Of a stretch of DNA of 64,000 nucleotides, positions 41,301-53,300 are shown one piece after another. Positions within the stretch are counted from its first letter, which is position 1. Each line of letters begins with the position of its first letter. The notes beneath the pieces were generated by a model that was not told the DNA's origin, searched no databases, and saw nothing but the letters and a program-made list of their open reading frames with translations. Source of the DNA: an uncultured bacterium (GTDB taxonomy: Bacteria; Oederibacteriota; Oederibacteriia; Oederibacteriales; Oederibacteriaceae); contig OZ218778.1 in NCBI GenBank assembly GCA_965112635.1, positions 1 to 64,000 of the forward strand, given 5' to 3'. Made by a program: the position numbers and the translations under genes.

Positions 41301-44300
41301 ATGTCGCGGTCAGGTTCACGTTCCAGTAGTGGTCCACGGCGTTGACAGTGATGCTGTAGGATGTGCCCACCATCATTGGGCTGGCTGAACCGGTATAGCC
41401 CGTGGTCAGGCTGCCCGGGTCAGGGGTTTGGCCGGGAACAAGGATCTGCACCTGGTAAGCGCCGCCCGGATAAACGCCGAACCTCGCGCTGTTGCAGGTG
41501 GAAGTCAGACTAGTGATCTTGATCTGTGCGGTCAGGGTCGTGTATTGGGCTGTATAGAGCGTGACCGGTATATTACCGCTGGTGCCGTTGGTCAGAGAGA
41601 CCACGCCCTGGTTTGGCGCGTGCGGGTCTGTGGAGGTGATGGTCACGTTAGTATAATTGGTATAATTGGCGGTCGTGGCCACGTTCCAGTTGGAGTCCAC
41701 CGCGTTGACCTTGATGTTAAACGACACGCCGGCGGTCGGGAAATTGGGCGTCCCGGTCTTGCCCGAAGCTGTCCCCGGCGCCGCGTTTTCGCCAGGCATC
41801 AGGAGCTGGAGTTTGACCGGCGGCCCAGGCTGGACCGGGATGGTCCCTGAGCCGGTCGGCCCAAGGTTCCACCCGTAACCGGCAGGCAGGCCGACCTGGG
41901 CTGTGGCCGTCACGACCCTGTTCCCCACGGTGATCAGGGTGATGGGCATGGTCGTGGTCCCCTGGTAAAGCGCGGTCGCCACCCCCGGATTGGGCACATT
42001 GGGATCGTTGCTAAGAAGAGCCGCGGTCGGGGTCACCGGGATGCCGTTCCAGGACTGGACCTTATTCCAGTAGGGGTCCACGGCATTGACGGTCATACCA
42101 AAAGATGTCCCGGCAGTCTGGGTCACGGGCAAAGCCGTGGCCAATTTGCCTTTATCAGAGGTATTGCCCGGGTCAGCGATTTCGCCCGGAGCCAGGATCT
42201 GCAGTTTGGTCACGGCACTCGGGGTAACGCTCACCATCGTGCTGGTGTCGCCGTTCAGGGCACCGGGATTCGGGTCCGTATTATTTGCGTAAATGACCTG
42301 GTTGGTGGCGGTATAAAGCTTGACCCCGTTGGTCATGGTGATAACACCGCTGGAAAACCCTGTTTCACCCGGCAAGGAAGCGTAATGCCCGGGGTCGGTG
42401 CTCAAGGTCACGGCATCGGACGAATCCGTGGTGTCGATATTATAGTAGGGGTCAACGGCATAAACTTTGGCCGTAAAGGCCTGGCCGGCGGTCTGGGCGA
42501 ACGGCGTGCCGGTCTTGCCCGAAGCAGAGCCGGGCTCGGCCGATTCGCCGGGCAGCAGGATCTGGACCCCTACGGCCGGCTGGGCCTTGACCGTGAAATA
42601 GGGGCTGGCATAGGTGGTCATCGCTCCGGCGTTGTCCGAGGCCGTGATGCTGGTGCTCTGGGCCGTCAACAGGGTCACAGGATTGAAAATATAAGATCCG
42701 GAAAGCAGGTTGTGGCTGCCCAGGTTGGGCACATTGGGATCGTTGGAGGTCAGGTTGACCAGCACATTGGAAGCCGTGGTGACGTTGTTCCAATAGGCGT
42801 CAGCCAGGTTGACCGTCACTCCAGGAATCACACCATTCGTTAAAGGAACTCCGGCGGTCTGGGCGAACGGCGTGCCGGTCTTGCCCGAAGCAGAGCCGGG
42901 CTCGGCCGATTCGCCGGGCAGCAGGACCAGGAGCTTGACGGGAGAACTGACCGATACCGTGAAGGCCGCGGAATTCTGGCCCTGGATGTTCTGGTCCGCG
43001 TCCACGACCTGGAAATTCCACTGGCCGGCTGTCTTGATGACCGCGTTGAAGGTGGTCGTGCCCGAGCTATAGGTCTTGACCGTCGACTGGTCGTTGACAT
43101 TGACCGGGTTAAAGTCCGTGTATCCGTTGCCCGAGGACATGTAGTTGGCCCAGATCTGGCCATGATACAAGCCGGTCGTGACCACGTTCCACAGGGCGTC
43201 CGTGACATTGGCCGTGATGGTCAGGTAGTTGCCGGCCGTCTGGTTGCTGGGGCTGCCGGTCTTGCCTGACGCGCTGCCTGGAGCCGCGTTTTCGCCGGGC
43301 ATCAGGATCTGCATATAGGTCACCGTGCCTGGCGTGACCACCAGTCCCGGGCTGCTCGATTTGACCAGGTTGTAGGATGAGGCCGTGATGGTTGTGCTAT
43401 TGCCATTGACTGGTAATGAAGCTGTATTTAAAGTGACCGACTGAGTATAAGTGCCGTTGACCAGGGATACGACCCCCAGATTGGCCGCGTTGCTATCCGT
43501 GGAGGTGAGGGTCACTCTGGTCGCCACGGCACTGGTATTGATGTTCCAGCCGCTGTCCACCGCGTTGATGACCACGTTAAAGGAAGTCCCCGCTTTCTGG
43601 ACGATCGGGGTGCCGGTCTTGCCCGAGGCGGTCCCTGGAGCCGCGTTTTCGCCGGGCGCCAAAACTTGGAGCTTGACCGCCGGGCCCGGATTGACCTGGA
43701 CCTGGGCGCTGGGCCCGTTGGCGAGGGTCCAGTTCTGGGCCGTGGCTGTGAGGACCCTGACCCCGCTGGTGATAAAGGTGTACATGAAAGTCCCTGTTCC
43801 GCTGACCAGGGCCTGCGCGGCCGGGGTGACCCCGTTGGGGTCGTTGCTCGTCACCAGAGCCGTGGGAGTGACCGGCGAGACGTTGAACCAGTTGTCCACG
43901 GCGTTGACCGTGATGGTCACCGGCACGCCGACCAATTCCACCATTGGCGACAAAGTCTTGCCCGAGGTCGTCCCAGGAGCGGGATTCTCGCCCGGAAGCA
44001 GGAGCTGCAGCTTGGTGGCGGTGTTGGGGTTCACGTTGACGAGCGCGCTCGTATAGGGTGCCAGGGTTCCCGGATTGGTATCCGTGGCGGTCACGGTCCA
44101 GGTCCCCGCGGTTTGGAAGATCATGTTGAAATTCCTGCCGCCGTTGACCAGGGTCCCGGACACGGGGTAAGGAAGCTGTGCGTTCAAGTCAGAACTGCTG
44201 ATGGTCGCCTGGTTGGCGGCGGAGAAGTTCTGGTTCCACCAATCGTCCACTCCCAGCACGGTAAAGGTCGTGGCCACCCCGGCGGTCAGGGTGTTGGGCG

Positions 44301-47300
44301 ACCCTGTCTTGCCTGAGGCGGTGCCCGGGGCCGGCGATTCGCCGTTCATCAGGACCAGCAGTTTATGGGCCGTATTGGCCGCCACGGTGATGGCCGGGCT
44401 GCTGTTGGCCGTGTAATGGGTCGTCCCGCTCACGTCCGTGGCGGTCAGGGTCACGTAGGTCGCCGTGACCAGGGTGGTGCTGAAATTCCCCGAACCGGCT
44501 GACAGATAGATATCGCCGGGCATGGTGGAGTTGCTGTCCGTGGAGGTCAGATGCACCTGGGGCGTGGCCGAAGAAACGATATTCCACCTGGAATCCACGC
44601 AGTTGACCGTCACGCTAAAGGCGGTCCCGGCCGTCTCCTGGTCAGGCGTGCCGATCTTGCCGGTCGTTGAGCCCGGCACGGGAGATTCGCCGGGCACCAG
44701 GAGCTGCAGTTTGGTGGCTGCCGCGGCCGTCACGGTCAGATAGGCCGAGGTCCCCGCGGAAAGGTAATGGGATTCATCCGTCGTGTTGACGCTGGCACTG
44801 CCGGCCGCGGCCGTGTTCAGGGTCACGCCAAAACCGGCCGTGCCGTTGACCAGGCTTTGGGAGGCCGGGTTGTAGGCCCCGTAGGTATCCGAAGAACCTA
44901 TATCCACCACGTTGGAATTGCTGGTATTGACATTCCAATGGTTGTCCACCGCGTTGACGGTCACGGTAAATTGGGCGCCCACGATCTGGCCTGCCGGGGT
45001 CCCGCTCTTGCCCGTGGCTGAACCCGGCAACGGGGTCTCTCCGGGCAGCAGGACCTGCAGTTTGTGGGCTGTATCCGGATTGACCGTGAGGGCCGGACTG
45101 CTGCTGGCTATAAGGCCGGCCACGCTGGCCGTGAGGGTCGTATTTCCCGCGGTGATCAGGGTCACGGGCATGATCGTCGTCCCGGTCGCCGTGATGGAGG
45201 TGACACCCAGGTTAGCCGCGTAGGTATCGGTCGAGGTGACGGCAATGTTGCTGGGCGTGGCGCCGGTCACGATATTCCAACGGCTGTCCGTGGCGTTGAT
45301 GACCACGTTAAAGGAAATTCCTGATGTTTCCGGGTTGGGCGTGCCGGTCTTGCCCAAGGTCGTCCCGGGAGCGGGATGCTCTCCCGGCAGCAGGAGCTGG
45401 AGCCTGGCGGGCGTACCGGGTATGACCAGGAAGTTCGGGCTGGTCTGGCTGGCGTAATTGGTCGCCTGCGTGTCGCTCGCCTTGACCCACTGCGTCCCCG
45501 CCGCGTTGATGCTGATGTTGGTCGTCCCCGTGCCTCCGGTCAGGGTCACGTAGGCCGGGCTGAAGGTCGCGTTGGTGTCGGAACTGCTCAGGGCCGCCAA
45601 AGCCGTCAGGGTCACCGGGTTCCAATTGGCGTCGGTCAGGTTCAAAGTAGCCGGGAACGCCACGGTCGCGGTCTGGGTGACCGGGTAACCCGACTTGCCG
45701 CTGCTTGACCCGGGCACGCTGGCTTCGCCCTGCAGTAAAAGCTGTAATTTAGAAGGAGTTCCCGCCTGGACCGCGAAAGAGGGGCTGCTATTGGCGGTAT
45801 AGTGTGTCGTCCCGCTCACATCGGTCGCTGTCAAAGTCACGCTCTGGCTCGCCGTGACCAGCAGGACGTTAAAGGTCAAGGCGCCGTCGCTCAGAGACGC
45901 GGACGGCGGCGGAGAGGCATTGGTGTCGGTGGAAGAAATGGCCACGAGCGGGGTGGTCCCCCGCACCCTGTTCCAGGTGTTGTCCACACAGTTGACGATC
46001 ACGGTAAAGGAAGTGCCGGCGGTTTCGGGGTTGGGCGTGCCGGTCTTGCCCACGCTGTTGCCTGGATTGGGATTTTCGCCAGGCAGTAAAAGCTGCAGTT
46101 TGACCGGAGCGCCCGGAGCCACATAAATGGCCGGGCTGCTGTCCGGGGTAAACCCGTGGGCTTGGTCGGAAGCCGTGATGGTCAGGCTCCAGGCCGTCGC
46201 CGGCGTGAAATAGAAGATGCCGGTGCCGTTGGACAACCCGCTCGGGGACGGAGGCGTGGCGTTGCTGTCCGTGGTGGTGACGACCACGATGGGGTTGGCC
46301 GTGGACACGATGTTCCAGAAAGTATCCACGCAATTGACCGTGATGGTCACCGGCGAACCCGTGGCCTGGTTGCTCGGTGAACCTCCTAATCCGGTCGGCG
46401 AACCCGGCACAGCCCACTCGCCGGGCACGATGACCTGCAGTTTGACCGCGCTCGGTTCGGGGTTGACCGTGATGGCCGGGCAGGTATTGGCCGGATAGTT
46501 CGGGATGCCCAGGACATCCGTGGCCGTGATATTGGACGACCCTGCGGTCTTGAGAATGATACCAAAAGTGGCCGACCCGCTGCCCAGGTTGCTGTTGGCC
46601 GGCAGGCTCGCGTAAGTGTCGCTGCTCGTGATCTGGATGGTATGGTTGCCCGCCGAAGAATAGACGTTAAAGTTGGCGTCCACCGCGTTGACCTGGATGT
46701 TAAAGGAAACCCCGGCCGTCTCCGGCGAAGGCGAGCCGGTATAGCCGGTCGCGGAACCCGGGTCAGGCGTCTGGCCCGGCGCCAGGAGCTGGAGCTTGAG
46801 CCCCACGGAGTTGGGCGAGACCACGAATACCGTCGAGGTATTGGAGGCAATGTTCCACCCGGCCGGCACTGAGGCGGTCAGGCTGCGGTTCCCCGCTGTC
46901 TTTAAGATGACGTTATTGAAGGTATAAGTCCCGTTGACCAGGGCCGCGCTCCCGATGGTGGGAACATGCGGGTCCGTGGAGGATAAGGTCGCCGTGGGCG
47001 TGATGGAGACCACGTTCCAGTAAGAGTCCACGCTGTTGACGATGACGCTAAAGGCCACGCCCGCGGTCTGCCCCGCGGCGGTGCCGGACTTGCCCGAGGA
47101 AGAGCCTGGGACGGGCGATTCACCGGGTAGCAGCACCTGCATGCTCACCGCGCTGCCGGGATTGACCGTGATAGAGCCGGTCGTATTGCCGGTCAGGCCC
47201 GCCAGGGTGCTGGCCGAAACCGTCTGGGCACCCGCGGTCTTGAGGGTCACGTTCATGGTCCCATAACCGGCGGTCAGAGTCAGGCCTGGCGCTACGGAGC

Positions 47301-50300
47301 TGAAATAGGTATCAGAACTGCTCAGGGTCACGTAGGGCGTGGCCGAGAAGGCCCTGTTCCAGTAGCCGTCCACCGCGTAGACCGCTACTGTAAAGGCCGT
47401 TCCGGCGGTCTGTGGGCCGGGCGTGCCGGTCTTGCCGTTGACGGTGCCTGGAGCCGGGTTTTCGCCCGGAGCCAGGATCTGCAGCCTGGAAACGGTCCCG
47501 GCCGAGACCGTGATACTCGCTGAAGTATAAGGCGCGAACACCCCTGCCGTATCCGTGACCGTGATGGGCCACAGGCCCTGCGTGACCATGTTGATCGTGA
47601 AGGTACCCGTGCCGCTGTTGAGCGAAGCCGGTGTCGGCGGCAGGGCGTTGGTATCGCCCGGGATCACCGTCACCAGCGGATGGTCGCTGGTATTGATGTT
47701 CCAGTAAGTATCCACCGCGTAGACCGCGATATTGAAAGGCGTCCCTGCCGTCTGCGTGTTGGGCGTGCCGGTCTTGCCGTTGGCGGTGCCCGGCGCCGGG
47801 TTCTCACCCGGCAGGATGGACTGCAGCATCACGCCCGTCCCTGGCAATAAGGTAAAGTTACCGCTCGAGGTGGAGGTCAGGGGCGTGGCCGTTGTATCGG
47901 TCAGGGTCAGGGTCCTGCTCGGGCCGGCCGTGACCAGGGTCACGGTCATCATGCCGGTCCCGTTGGTCAGACCGTAATTGGACGGCATGGTGGCATTGGT
48001 GTCGTTGGAGGTCATGGCCACTACCGGGTTGGCGGTCGGCACGATGTTCCAGTAAGTATCCACGGCGCTCACCGTGATGGAGAACGGTACCCCGACGTTC
48101 TCCGCGGAGGGCGAACCGGTCTTACCCAGGGTCGAGCCGGGATTGGCCGCTTCGCCGGGCATGACCATCTGCAGTTTGAGGGCCGTGGCCGGGTCGACCG
48201 GGATGGTGCCGGTGGTGGAACTGCCGTACTGCGGCACGCCGGACACGTCGGTCCCTGTCACGTTCTGGTTGCCCGACCGCTTGAGGGTGACCGGAAGGGA
48301 GATGGTGCCGTTGGACATGGTGTTGTTACCGGCCAAGACCGCGTAAGGATCGCTGCTCGTTAAGCCCACCGTGGGATTGGCCGTATTGACCACGTTCCAA
48401 AAGGGATCCACGCAGTTAACCGTCACATTAAAAGAAGTCCCCGCGGTCTGGTGGCTGGGCGTGCCGGTCTTCCCTGCCGTGCTGCCAGGCGCCGGGTTTT
48501 CCCCAGGTGCCAAAGTCTGCAGTTTGACCGCTCCGGCCGGCGACAAGGTCAGGACCGAGCTCGTATTGGGAGCCAGGGCCGGGGCGCCGCTCTGGTAAGT
48601 GGCCGTGATGGTGATGGAACCGGCGGTCTTCAGGGTTACGCTGAAGCCGTAGGAGCCCGTGGGGGTCAGGTACTGCGGCGAAGGCATGGTGGCGTTGCCG
48701 TCGTTGGAGGTCAAGCCCACCAGTTCCGAGGCCGAACCGACCTGGTTCCAATAGCCGTCCACGGCCATGACCGTCGCCGTAAAGCCTGTCCCGGCGGTCT
48801 GGATACTGGGGCTGCCGCTCTTGCCGTTGGAGGAGTTGGGCGCGTTGTTTTCTCCAGGCAGCAGGACCAGGAGCTTGACCGCGGTCCCGGCCGTGACCGT
48901 AATGCCGCTCATCTGATTGGTCAGGTTGTTTTGCACGTCCTGGGCCTTGACCGCTTGCAGTCCGACCGTAAAGAAGGTGATGTCGTTGGTGAATACGTGC
49001 ACCCCGGCGTCTCCCGCGTTAAAGGTATAGCTGGTCGGGGTCAGGCTGGCCGCCGAGTCCGTGGTGGTCATGTTGATAGTGCCGCGGTAACCGGTGCCGG
49101 TCAGGTTATTGGCCGCAAAGGCTCTGACCCGGTAACTGTAAGGCACCCCGACCACGGCCGGGTTGCTGATGCTGTCCACCACGATATTGGTGATGGGCGA
49201 GTAGTAGGTGAATGTCCAGCCGGCCGAAGGCGTTTCCACGTTGGTGGCCTGGTCCGTGGCCTTGGTCCGGACCAGATAGGTATGGCCGTCGGTCATCTTG
49301 CTCGTCGGCGGGGCGGTAAAGCTCCAGGAACTGCCGCCGGTGCAGGGCAGCCAGGTCTCGGAGCCGGCGTTGAATTGGCCGCCGTCGTACCAGACATTGC
49401 CCGCCGTAGTGTCTTTGAGGCTGAGGACCACCGAGGCGGTGTCAGAGGATGAACTGCCCTGGATGGACAAAAGCCCGTTGACCGAGGAACCCGGCGAAGG
49501 CGAGGTCATGAGAGAAGTGGGCGGCGTCATGTCGTAGGTGAAGGTGATGCCGCTGCCCGGCGTCTCCGGGTTGCCCGGCTGGTCGGTCGACTTGCTGATG
49601 ATCTGGTACTGGTTGCTGTCCAGCCAGAAGATAGCGGAGCTGTTGTAGGCCCAGTTGACGCTGGCCGTGACCGTCAGCCAGGTCGGGGTGGCGGTCCAGG
49701 TCACCGAGTTCCAATACAGGTTGCCCGCGGTCGTGTTCTTGATCTGGATATAGACGCTGGCGATCGCCGAGGAGGCGTCGATGGCCGTGCCGGCGACGGT
49801 CGTCACGCTGTTGTAACGCCAGTTATTGGCCGGATAAGCGACCGTGCTCACGGGCGGCGTCGTGTCATACACAAAATTGGACAGCGTCGTGGGCGACTGG
49901 TCATTCTGGGCGATATCCGTGGCCTTGCTCTCGATCTGGTAGGCCAGTCCTTCCTGCCACGGGTTGGAAAGCGGCGAATAGGTCCACACCGTGGTCCCGG
50001 TCGCGCCAAGCCAGGGCTGGCTGCCGGTATCGAACTTGTTGCCGTTCCAGTAGGCGCCGTCCCAAACTCTCTTGATGCGGATGAGCACATAGTTGACCGT
50101 ACCGCTGTCCGGATCGCTGGAAGTCCCCGCGAGGGTCGTCAGGCTGTTGTAGTTCACGCTGTTGAGCGGCAAAGTGATCGCCGAATTGGGCGGCGTGATG
50201 TCGTAAGTGAAGGTCACCCCGGCCCCTATCGGGCTCTCGGGATTGGTCGCCTTGTCAATGGCCTTGGATTGAATGAGGTAGCTGGTCCCGTCCGACCAGG

Positions 50301-53300
50301 TCGGGCTGGCATAGCTCCAGTAGCTCCAGCTGGCCGTCGTGGTGCAGTTGAGCCAGGTCTGGGTGGTGACGCCCGGCCAGCTGCCGTTGTAGTAAGAGCC
50401 GGTCCCCACGTTCTTGATGGACACCTGGACCTGGGCGACCCCGACATTGTCATTGGCCGTGCCGGTGATGTAACCGAGACTGTTTATGCGCAGCCCGTCC
50501 GTGGGCATGGAAATGACGGAATGGGGCGGGTCGGTATCATAGGTGAAATACACGCCCGAGGTGGGGCTTTCGGTGTTGCTGGCGGAGTCCGTGGCCATGG
50601 ACTGGATGTAATAGGTATGCCCGCTGGTAAAGCCCGTGGGCATGGCGTAGGTCCAGTTGTTGGTCCCGCTGGAAACGGGGTTCCACAGCGGCCCCGGTGC
50701 CCAGCCGCCGCCGGTCCAATAGGAGTTACCGTAATAGGTGTCTTTGATGGCCACCTGGACCCCGGCGATACCGGCCAGGGCTGAGGTCGCCGTCCCTGAA
50801 ATATTGGTCAAATAGTTCAAAATAGCGTTATTTCCGGGCACTGTGACCGCGGAAGTGGGAGGCGTGGTCACGAAAGTAAAGGATGTCCCGATGCCGGGGA
50901 CTTCCTGATTGCTCGCCAGGTCCGTGGCCTTGGTCTGGATGATATAGACCCGTCCGTTGATCCAGGCCGGCGAATTAAAGGTCCAGTAGGAGGTCCCGGA
51001 CACCTGGATCCATTGCTGGGTGGAGTTCCAGGCCGTATAGGTATTGCCCTGGTAGTAAACCCCGCCGTCCGTGGCGTTCTTGATGGAAATGTAAACCTTG
51101 TCCAGACCGGCCGGTCCGTTGGCCAGGGCTGAACCGGAGATCACGGTCAGGGAGTTGGTATCCTGGCCCTGGTAAGGCACGGTGACGGATGAAGAAGGCA
51201 GCGCGTTGTCAAAGATGAAGGAAACTCCGGCTCCCGGGGTCTCCTGTCCAAAGTTGACGTCTATCGCCTTGGACTGGAGGGCATAGCTCTTGCCGGTCAT
51301 GAACCAGGTCTGGTTGATGCCTCCGGTATAGGTCCAGGAAGTTGACCCCACCGCGTTGACCCAGAAAGGCGAAGCGTAAGCGGTCCAGGTCGTGCCGTTC
51401 CAGTAGGTCGAATCCGTGGAATTCCTGATCAAAAGCTGGACGCCGGTCGTTAACGGAGAGGCGGAACCGGAAATGACCGGGATGTTGTTGTAATAGGTCT
51501 TGCTGTTGTCAGGGAAGCCGATGGTCGAGGTCGGCGCCGCCGTGACGGTCAGGATGCTGTAGGAAGTAGAGAGACCGTAGTCGTTGCCGTTCACGACGGT
51601 CATATTATAAGGTCCGATAGGCACCGCCCCGCTGATGCTGATGTCCACATTGATGGAGGTATTGCTCCAGTTGGTAGGCACCGCCACGATACCGCCGTTA
51701 TTGAATACGACATGGCCGGTACTGGAACCGAAGTAGTTCCCGGTGATAACGGCTGTCACGCTGACCGCGCCCTGGCCGATAATACCCTGCGACAGGGTGA
51801 TGACAGGCTTGGGATCGATCGTCAGCGCGCCCGGCAGAGTATAGGTGCCATAGTCGGGGTTGAACAAGGTCAGGGTCCGCGCGGTCGTGGTATCCGCCGT
51901 CGCGTCCACGTTGACCGTGACCGTGGCTGAAGTGCCGTTGTTATAGGTTAAAGCGGTCTGGGTAATGCCGTTGTAACCGACCGTTGCCGTGAAAGTGACC
52001 CCGAACCCGGCGCCGTTCGTGAAATTGGTGCCGGTGATCACGATGTCTTGGCTGGAAGCGCCCTGCCCCAGGGCCACAGGGAGGATGCTGGTGATGGTCG
52101 GCCGGCCGTTGACCGTAAAGGCGATAATGGAGGAACCGTTGCCCGCGCCGTCCGTATCCGAAGCCGTTACGGTGATCATCACCGGCCCGGTCGGTGCCGT
52201 GGCCAGGATATCGATGGGAACAGCGATGGAACCGCTGTTCCAGCTGGTGGGCGCGTGGACGACGATGCCGCTGTTGGCGAACTGGACCGTGCCCGTATTG
52301 GCGCCAAAATTGGAGCCGGAGAGGGTGATGGTGCGGCCCGTAGCACCCTGGCCCAGGCTGCTGGGCGCGGCCGAGGTGATGGAAGGCTTGGCTAAAATGT
52401 TGAATTTATTGGCAAAAGTAGCCTGGCCGGCGTCAGAACCCTTGATGATGGTGATATCGCCCAGGCCCTGGGGCGTGGACCCCGCGATGTTGACGGTCAG
52501 GATGATGGAAGAAGTGTTCCAGTTGTAGTTGGTGACGCTGATGCCCGAGGCACTGAAGCTGACCGTGCCGGTGATGCCGTCAAAATTGTTGCCCAGGATG
52601 GTCAGGGTCTGGTTCAAGGCGCCCTGGCCGCGGGTGTTGGGAGTGATGCTGGTGAAGGTCGGCGCCGCTCCCACGATAAAGAACCCGTTGCTGGAGGTCG
52701 CGTTGCCCGCGTTGTCGTTGTTGGCGATGGACACGGTCGCGGGCCCGGCGGAAGCGCCGGACAGGTCCAGGGTGGCCGTGATGGAGGTATTGCTCCAGTA
52801 ACCCACGCTGCTCACCAGAACTCCGTTGCTGAAGGTCAAAGTGCCGTTGGACACGCCGAAATTGTTGCCGCTGAGGACCACGGTCTGGCCCGTGGACCCG
52901 TAACCGCGGGTGTTCGGCGTGATGGAACTGAAGCTGGGAGCCGGGTTGACCGTAAATTGATTGCTGAAGGTCGTGCGGCCCTGGTCGCTGCCGTTGACGA
53001 CCGTGATGTTGCACAACCCCGTGGTGGCGTTCGAGGCCACGTTGACCAGGAGCACGATCTGGCCGGAGTTCCAGCTGCTGTAACCGGTCACGCTCACTCC
53101 GCTGGCGCTGAAGCTGACCGAGCCCTGGGTGTTCCCGAAGTTGGTGCCCAGCAGGGTGATGGTCTGGGCCGAGGCGCCCTGGCCGCGGTTAGCTGGGTTC
53201 ACGTTGGTCAAGGTCGGCTGTCCATTGACGGTAAAGAAGCCCAGGCCCGAGGTGCCCACGCCGTTGTTGTCCCCGTTGGTGATCGTGACCGTGGCCGCTC

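Noticed and set aside
36860-48890. GKT/GKS motifs as Walker A P-loops, and LPGE as sortase signals
   Set aside because: They recur inside beta-rich extracellular repeats with no Walker B motif and no following TM/charged tail.
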